From contig JBNKOC010000012.1 in assembly GCA_050294405.1 (NCBI GenBank), forward strand, positions 544,001-608,000: a stretch of DNA of 64,000 nt. The letters are read 5' to 3'. Shown one piece after another: positions 58,764-64,000 of the stretch. This DNA comes from Fibrobacteria bacterium. GTDB lineage: Bacteria; Fibrobacterota; Fibrobacteria; UBA11236; JADFYW01. The notes beneath the pieces are model-generated. The model ran no database searches and was not told the origin of the DNA. It was given only the letters and a program-made list of their open reading frames with translations. A program made the position numbers and the translations under genes. Position 1 is the stretch's first letter. Each line of letters begins with the position of its first letter.

Positions 58764-60848
58764 TTATTGGATGACAGTTACCTTTCCAGATTGCTCTCTT
58801 ATATTCGGAAAACGAAGCTGGTACAGGTAAATACCTGGCAAAAGTGTATTTGAACGGTGAATTTGGCCTTTTATTATGGGTAGTGTTTGTAAGGATTTGC
58901 CGTTAACATTCATTAGCAAAAGGCTTCCAGATGGCCCCGGATTATTTCCAATTAATTTAAGCTGTCCGTTCCAAACAAGTTGAAAATTCTGGGTGCGTGG
59001 CTCTGGAAAAATATCTACAGCTTTATCCAACCCAGGTATTGTAGGCAACTCATTTACTTTTTCCAAAACAGCAAGTTCATTAAACAGCTTAGTGGAGTAT
59101 TGGTCCAAATCTGCAAAATCCGAATACATGGGGCTCGCCGTAACAGCGGGGAGTTTTGTTAACTTATACATGGCCCGTATTCTCACCAAGGCATCTGGGT
59201 CATTAATTCTACCCATTTCCAAAATTGCAGAGGTAGACAGATTATGTATAGGCAAGGCATCAATCACATTCCAGCGAACATGGGAACTGGGATGGGTTAT
59301 CAATTCCCTGAGTATCGGAACCCAGGTTTCGGGCTCTTCTTCGAACAATCCCCAGCCTTCAAGTGTGCGCAGGGCGTGTACAACTTTGGGAGACTGGCCG
59401 ATGGAATTGACTTGCTTTGACTCCAGCATAGTGGAAAGTTCAGCAATTACATTTTCACTGGGGCCAAAGGATAATAAAATTCTTTGGGCATGAAGCCGCC
59501 AAAGCAAATTTGGGTTGTTAAATGCATTTAGTAATTCGCTGGTTGTGGCATTTTTAAGGTCCAGTATTGGCTCCAGGGGTGAACTGTCGTAAGTTACCCG
59601 GTATACCCGGCTATGTTGGTTGTCTCTTAAAGGAGAAATTTCGGCATTGCCTAATTGGGTTCTGGGGTTATTATAACTATGAGACACATAATAGTTGTAC
59701 CAATCTAAAACCCACAAGGCCCCGTCTGGTCCTGTTAGCGCCTGAATAGGGGCTGTCCAGGCATCAGAACTGACGAAAATATTATAAGCATTTACATCTT
59801 CTGTGGCTTCAAAGCTACTTGCTTTTTCAATTAGAAAATCCTGGTGGCATAAATGGGAAGTGGGGTCACATACAAAAGCGCTTTTATTCCAATATTTTTC
59901 CGGAAAATGCCTGGCAGTGTATAGGGAATGGTTGGCGGCTGCCGCATAACCTGGGTTATTTCGATTGATTTGATCGGTGACCGGATGTGTTTCCAAAGAT
60001 GTATGGTCCGGGGTCAAGGCCAATTCTCCTGGATAAACCTGATGGAAAGAATGGGCCTGATTTGCTGTGGACACAAAAATTTGACCGGCTTCAGATAATC
60101 CAAATCCCCAGGTATTATTGCTGGTGTGTGAAAGCACCTCAAAATTGTCCGAATCGGTTCTAAAACGAATAATGGACTGACTAACATTCTGGCCTTTAAC
60201 ATTGCCCCCGCTGTATCCCACTAACCCGTAAATCCAGTTGTCCAACCCATAATGGAGGTTGGAAATGGTGGCATGTGTGTCGTCCCGATTAAAACCAGTA
60301 TATAAAATATTTCCTTTTGGGTTGTCAGCTACATCATCTCCGTCTTCATCCTTAAACAAAAGAAGGTGGGGGGCCATGGCTACGACCAATCCCTGAGCGC
60401 TATGTACAAGACCCGTTACCAGATTTAATCCTTCCGCAAATATTTTTAGATTATCGGCTGTTCCGTCTTTATCGCTGTCTTCCACAATTACAATTCTATC
60501 GGAACCCGAAAAGGGGTCTGTTAAAACCGTATGGGGGTAATCAAAAGTTTCTGCGGCCCAGAGCCGGCCTTGTTCATCAAAGTTTAGGGCCACCAAAGAT
60601 CGAATCGCGCCCATGGAACTGTCCTCGCTGGCCCATAAAGAAGCTGAAAAGCCAGGGGGTGTTTGAATACAGGCCTTGGATTCTTCAGCAGAAAGCATTA
60701 GCTGAACTCTATCCATAAAATGGGCTGGCCAATCCTCGGGGGGAGGTTCATAGGCAAAATCAGGACAGTTTTGGGAAAAAGAAGAAACAGCGAGCATTGT
60801 AAATGCGCTTATTAATAATCGCAATGGCGTACCTTTAGCTAAAAACAT
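58764..60848 (-). CDS. Secreted PVC-type putative dehydrogenase propeller plus HEAT-like repeats, no haem motif
   Basis: PPGF...WASE, FDEQGRLW..E..DYP, DTHA, NNTWGFG, GPDGALWV.DWYN; tail PGIYLY. Confidence 0.72.
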   Translation of the reverse strand: MFLAKGTPLRLLISAFTMLAVSSFSQNCPDFAYEPPPEDWPAHFMDRVQLMLSAEESKACIQTPPGFSASLWASEDSSMGAIRSLVALNFDEQGRLWAAETFDYPHTVLTDPFSGSDRIVIVEDSDKDGTADNLKIFAEGLNLVTGLVHSAQGLVVAMAPHLLLFKDEDGDDVADNPKGNILYTGFNRDDTHATISNLHYGLDNWIYGLVGYSGGNVKGQNVSQSIIRFRTDSDNFEVLSHTSNNTWGFGLSEAGQIFVSTANQAHSFHQVYPGELALTPDHTSLETHPVTDQINRNNPGYAAAANHSLYTARHFPEKYWNKSAFVCDPTSHLCHQDFLIEKASSFEATEDVNAYNIFVSSDAWTAPIQALTGPDGALWVLDWYNYYVSHSYNNPRTQLGNAEISPLRDNQHSRVYRVTYDSSPLEPILDLKNATTSELLNAFNNPNLLWRLHAQRILLSFGPSENVIAELSTMLESKQVNSIGQSPKVVHALRTLEGWGLFEEEPETWVPILRELITHPSSHVRWNVIDALPIHNLSTSAILEMGRINDPDALVRIRAMYKLTKLPAVTASPMYSDFADLDQYSTKLFNELAVLEKVNELPTIPGLDKAVDIFPEPRTQNFQLVWNGQLKLIGNNPGPSGSLLLMNVNGKSLQTLPIIKGQIHRSNTLLPGIYLYQLRFPNIREQSGKVTVIQ

Positions 60849-61006
60849 TGGACCGGCCAGATTGCCGGATGTTTTAAATCCTTTCCCCGGTATAGCTTAA
60901 CATATTGGAGTTTGGCTTTGGTGTCAATAAAAACTTTGCCAAATATCCTGTGAGAAGTGAAAAAATGCTGAAATGCGCTATTAAGGAGATTTTTATCTTA
61001 AAAATA

Positions 61007-62071
61007 TCAATCAAATACATCATTGATATCTTTGCTGAAGATATCCATCCAATCGCATTCCTTAACAAATTTCCCAATAACCTGGGGGTCATATAAAATC
61101 AAACTTCTCTGGTAGGTGCTGTTTTTTGTTTTTGTTGCTACAGCATCCATTTTTACTAAATCCAGTTTTTTTAATTCGTCCAGTTTTTCTTCATTTATAT
61201 TGGTATCTTCACCCAGTTGTTCCAGATGAAGCTGTATTTGCTTAATATCTAAAACCGTAAGGTCGTTACGCCGGGTGCCACGGGTTTTTCCTGCTTCCAG
61301 GATGTAATTGGCCAGTAGTTTAGCTTCATCGGAAGATTCTTCACTTACCGGGGTTAGGCCTTTCCATTTTTTCCTTAAGAAATCATAATATATTTGAATT
61401 AGTTCAATGTCTGTTATCTTAATATAGGACTTGCCTTGTTTGTTTTTTTGGCGGGTTAAAAGAGATAACAACTCCAGACCCTTTAACAGTTTTTGAACGT
61501 CAGCGCTGGAAAGCCCAAATATGGAATAACATATTTCCCTTACCTTTTCCTCAGGGACAAATGTTCCGTTGGCATCGCTAACGGCTCCATTTTTATGAAC
61601 CTCAAGCAATGCTTTTAAAAGAGCGACTAAGCCACTTTGTAAAATATCCCGGTAATTTCTGCTGGTGGTGTCCCGAAGGCGTTGCACCACGATTTTAATT
61701 ACATTGTTAAGCCAGCTTGGCACCTTAGCCAGGGTAGCGTTTAAGTGATTCTGATCTATGGCAGTAACATATAATGGCTCTACGGCCTGTGCAGAGGCCG
61801 AGCGAGGGGCGTTGTCCAAAAGACTCATTTCGCCCAATACCGAGCCAGGGCCAAGAGTTACCAGCTCTACCATCTTAGAGCCTTCTTCTTTGAGGATTTT
61901 AACTTTACCCTTTTTAATGATAAACATCTCCGTTCCGCTGTCGCCTTCTAAAAATAAAAAGTCACCTTGCTTGACATGGCGTTCAAATTTGGATTTGGCC
62001 AACGCAGCCTGACGGCCCTGGGCTATGGGGGTTTTGGAACCGGCTTGTGGCTGTGGTGCGGAACTGGGCAT
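61007..62071 (-). CDS. Cyclic-nucleotide-binding (Crp/Fnr-like) protein
   Basis: LFLEGD, GKVKI, LGEMSLLD..PRSASA. Confidence 0.82.
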   Translation of the reverse strand: MPSSAPQPQAGSKTPIAQGRQAALAKSKFERHVKQGDFLFLEGDSGTEMFIIKKGKVKILKEEGSKMVELVTLGPGSVLGEMSLLDNAPRSASAQAVEPLYVTAIDQNHLNATLAKVPSWLNNVIKIVVQRLRDTTSRNYRDILQSGLVALLKALLEVHKNGAVSDANGTFVPEEKVREICYSIFGLSSADVQKLLKGLELLSLLTRQKNKQGKSYIKITDIELIQIYYDFLRKKWKGLTPVSEESSDEAKLLANYILEAGKTRGTRRNDLTVLDIKQIQLHLEQLGEDTNINEEKLDELKKLDLVKMDAVATKTKNSTYQRSLILYDPQVIGKFVKECDWMDIFSKDINDVFD

Positions 62072-62079
62072 ATTAATAA

Positions 62080-63096
62080 TCAGCTGTTAAAAGATTCCAC
62101 CCAAGGAAGAGAATCCAGGGAGTCCGTCACATTTGCAGGGTTCAATACATAGTAACCCTTTTTGGAGCTTTCGTTAGGAGGCTGGTATTTTAAAAAACCA
62201 TTATTACCCAGCGGTTTTAACATTCCTAAGGAAAATCCCTTTACTTTTTGGCTTAAAATTCTTTCCAGTTCTTCCCGGAGTAAATAGCTGTTGGCTGCTT
62301 TGTTTGTCCCCTTTTCTTTAAAAATAGCGAGGCATTGTTCCAATACCTGGACGCCTTCTTTCCCAATAGCAATTATGGGCAGCTGGGCGGATTGGTCTTT
62401 GGCAGAAAGAAATTCCACATAATATTTAAGGGCTCTAAAATTTTTAGCCACAATATGTTTAGTTCCCGTGGCCGGAACAATACGGATTAACTTTTTGTCT
62501 TCCAACCCCTTTAAATTTTGCGCCACATCACCGGATTTTAATTTAGTGATAAATTGAACTTCGGAAACAAAATTGTAATAGTCCAGGGTCCGCTCATTGC
62601 CCTGTTTTTCTTCGGCCAGTTCATCGCCTAACATGTATAGCAAATGGCAAACGGCCTTCTCACGGTTTTTTAAAATGGAAGTGCCAATGCTTTTGTTTGT
62701 ATCTCTTAAGCGGGATGTGACAATGCGGATAATGGACGTTAGCCAAATAGGAAGTAAGCTGGCCACGGCATTAAAAGTGGCTTCATTAATGATGACAGCT
62801 TTTGTTTCTTTAATGGTGGTGGCGCTGGCCGAGCGAGGCTGTTTGTCTAAAAGGGACATCTCTCCCAAAATGGCACCTGGGCCCAACACAGCCAATTGAA
62901 CTTCATCATCCTTAGTGCCTTTGGTGATTTTAATTTCACCTTCGGATATAATAAAAAGTTCGCGACCCACTTCCCCCTCTAAAAAAAGCGGGGAGCCCGG
63001 GGGAAAAATCTTAACATTTTTGGGAGGTGGCCTGCGCCCTGTCTTCAATTCGGTCCGCGTAAAGGTGGAGCCCGTCAGAGCGCGGTTGATTCCCAT
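62080..63096 (-). CDS. Cyclic-nucleotide-binding (Crp/Fnr-like) protein
   Basis: LFLEGE, GEIKI, LGEMSLLD..PRSASA. Confidence 0.82.
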   Translation of the reverse strand: MGINRALTGSTFTRTELKTGRRPPPKNVKIFPPGSPLFLEGEVGRELFIISEGEIKITKGTKDDEVQLAVLGPGAILGEMSLLDKQPRSASATTIKETKAVIINEATFNAVASLLPIWLTSIIRIVTSRLRDTNKSIGTSILKNREKAVCHLLYMLGDELAEEKQGNERTLDYYNFVSEVQFITKLKSGDVAQNLKGLEDKKLIRIVPATGTKHIVAKNFRALKYYVEFLSAKDQSAQLPIIAIGKEGVQVLEQCLAIFKEKGTNKAANSYLLREELERILSQKVKGFSLGMLKPLGNNGFLKYQPPNESSKKGYYVLNPANVTDSLDSLPWVESFNS

Positions 63097-63102
63097 GTAT
63101 GT

Positions 63103-63465
63103 TTAGCCTTTGGTGTTGTCGATCACCCTCTTTTTAATACGGGCTGCTTTACCTTGCAATCCGCGCAAATAGAAAATACGGGCGCGACGAACCTTGCCCA
63201 TTCTATCAAGGGAGATTTTGGTGATGTTGGGGGAATGTATAGGGAAAATTCTTTCAACGGGAATTTGCCCTGAAATTTTACGAACAGTAAAAGTTTCGCG
63301 AATGCCATCGCCACGACGTTGGATAACAACACCTGTATAAATCTGGGTTCGCACTTTGTTACCTTCTACTACTTTTACATGAACGCTTACGGTGTCGCCG
63401 GCTTTGAAATCCGGAATATCTGTCTTTAACGCGTCTTTTTCGATTTCCGTAATAATGCTGGACAT
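63103..63465 (-). CDS. rplS: 50S ribosomal protein L19
   Basis: FKAGDTV.V, FTVRKIS, VERIFP, GKVRRA. Confidence 0.98.
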   Translation of the reverse strand: MSSIITEIEKDALKTDIPDFKAGDTVSVHVKVVEGNKVRTQIYTGVVIQRRGDGIRETFTVRKISGQIPVERIFPIHSPNITKISLDRMGKVRRARIFYLRGLQGKAARIKKRVIDNTKG

Positions 63466-63515
63466 GTGTCTACCTTCCTTTTGATTGTATTATAGTTATG
63501 GAAATTTTTCCGTAT

Positions 63516-64000
63516 TTATTGTTTTTTCTCCAGAATTTGGGGATTTTCGGCAGCCCATAACTCGGGACGGCGCATTTTCGTTAATTCTGCGCTTGCCTTT
63601 TCCCTCCATTCTTCAATTTTTTTGTGGTGACCTGAAATGAGCGCCTCTGGCACTTTTTTTCCCTCAAATTCAAAGGGACGGGTATAAACAGGCCACCCAA
63701 GTCGATCGCCGGTATAAAAAGAATCTGTTTCCAGAGATTTAAAATCCCCGGCCACTCCGGGCAATAGCCGTGCAACGCTGTCAATAAGCATCATTGCGGG
63801 TATTTCCCCTCCAGTTAACACAAAATCTCCAATACTAATTTCTTCGTCAACGTACTGTTCACGAATCCTTTGATCGATTCCTTTATAATGACCGCAAATG
63901 ATAAGAATATTTTGTCGATTAGCCAATTCGGCGGCCTTTTTTTGTGTATAGGGGTTGCCTTGAGGGGTGAGAAAAATCCGGTGTACCTCCCGGTCCTGGC
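63516..64000 (-). CDS. trmD: tRNA (guanine-N1)-methyltransferase, 5' end outside window
   Basis: Frame open to the window edge: LTPQG, CGHYKGIDQR, SIGDFVLTGGE, YTRP, SGHH. Confidence 0.96.
   Translation of the reverse strand, partial: QDREVHRIFLTPQGNPYTQKKAAELANRQNILIICGHYKGIDQRIREQYVDEEISIGDFVLTGGEIPAMMLIDSVARLLPGVAGDFKSLETDSFYTGDRLGWPVYTRPFEFEGKKVPEALISGHHKKIEEWREKASAELTKMRRPELWAAENPQILEKKQ

Overview
Bacterial chromosome window, probably FCB group. Fibrobacterota-like affinity is inferred from many secreted proteins with C-terminal sorting-type tails, a PorV-like gene, a group II GGGP synthase and an mtEFG1-like EF-G. Housekeeping genes (GGGPS, alaS, dnaG, rpoD, relA/spoT, fusA, murB, pepA, glnB, tyrS, rplS, trmD) flank a ~23 kb accessory locus at 32.1-55.2 kb. 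That locus carries two radical SAM/SPASM enzymes, a stand-alone PqqD/RRE, a SAM methyltransferase, an HprK-like kinase and an S24/S26 peptidase. Next to them is a secreted-protein operon (PQQ-type propeller with CTD, PorV/PorQ-like barrel, glycoside hydrolase-like protein, ~1900-aa DNRLRE/FN3/propeller surface protein). This operon ends in a 51-aa ORF missing from the ORF track (47824..47979) with a YxxP leader and a Cys/Ser/Thr-rich core, the best RiPP precursor candidate. An FG-GAP lipoprotein and a second paralogous giant protein follow. Also seen: two copies of a MITE-like repeat that supply the 3' ends of two genes, a 31-residue-periodic coiled-coil protein, and a NifA-like activator/PII module. 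All family calls come from motif recognition by eye; no searches were run.
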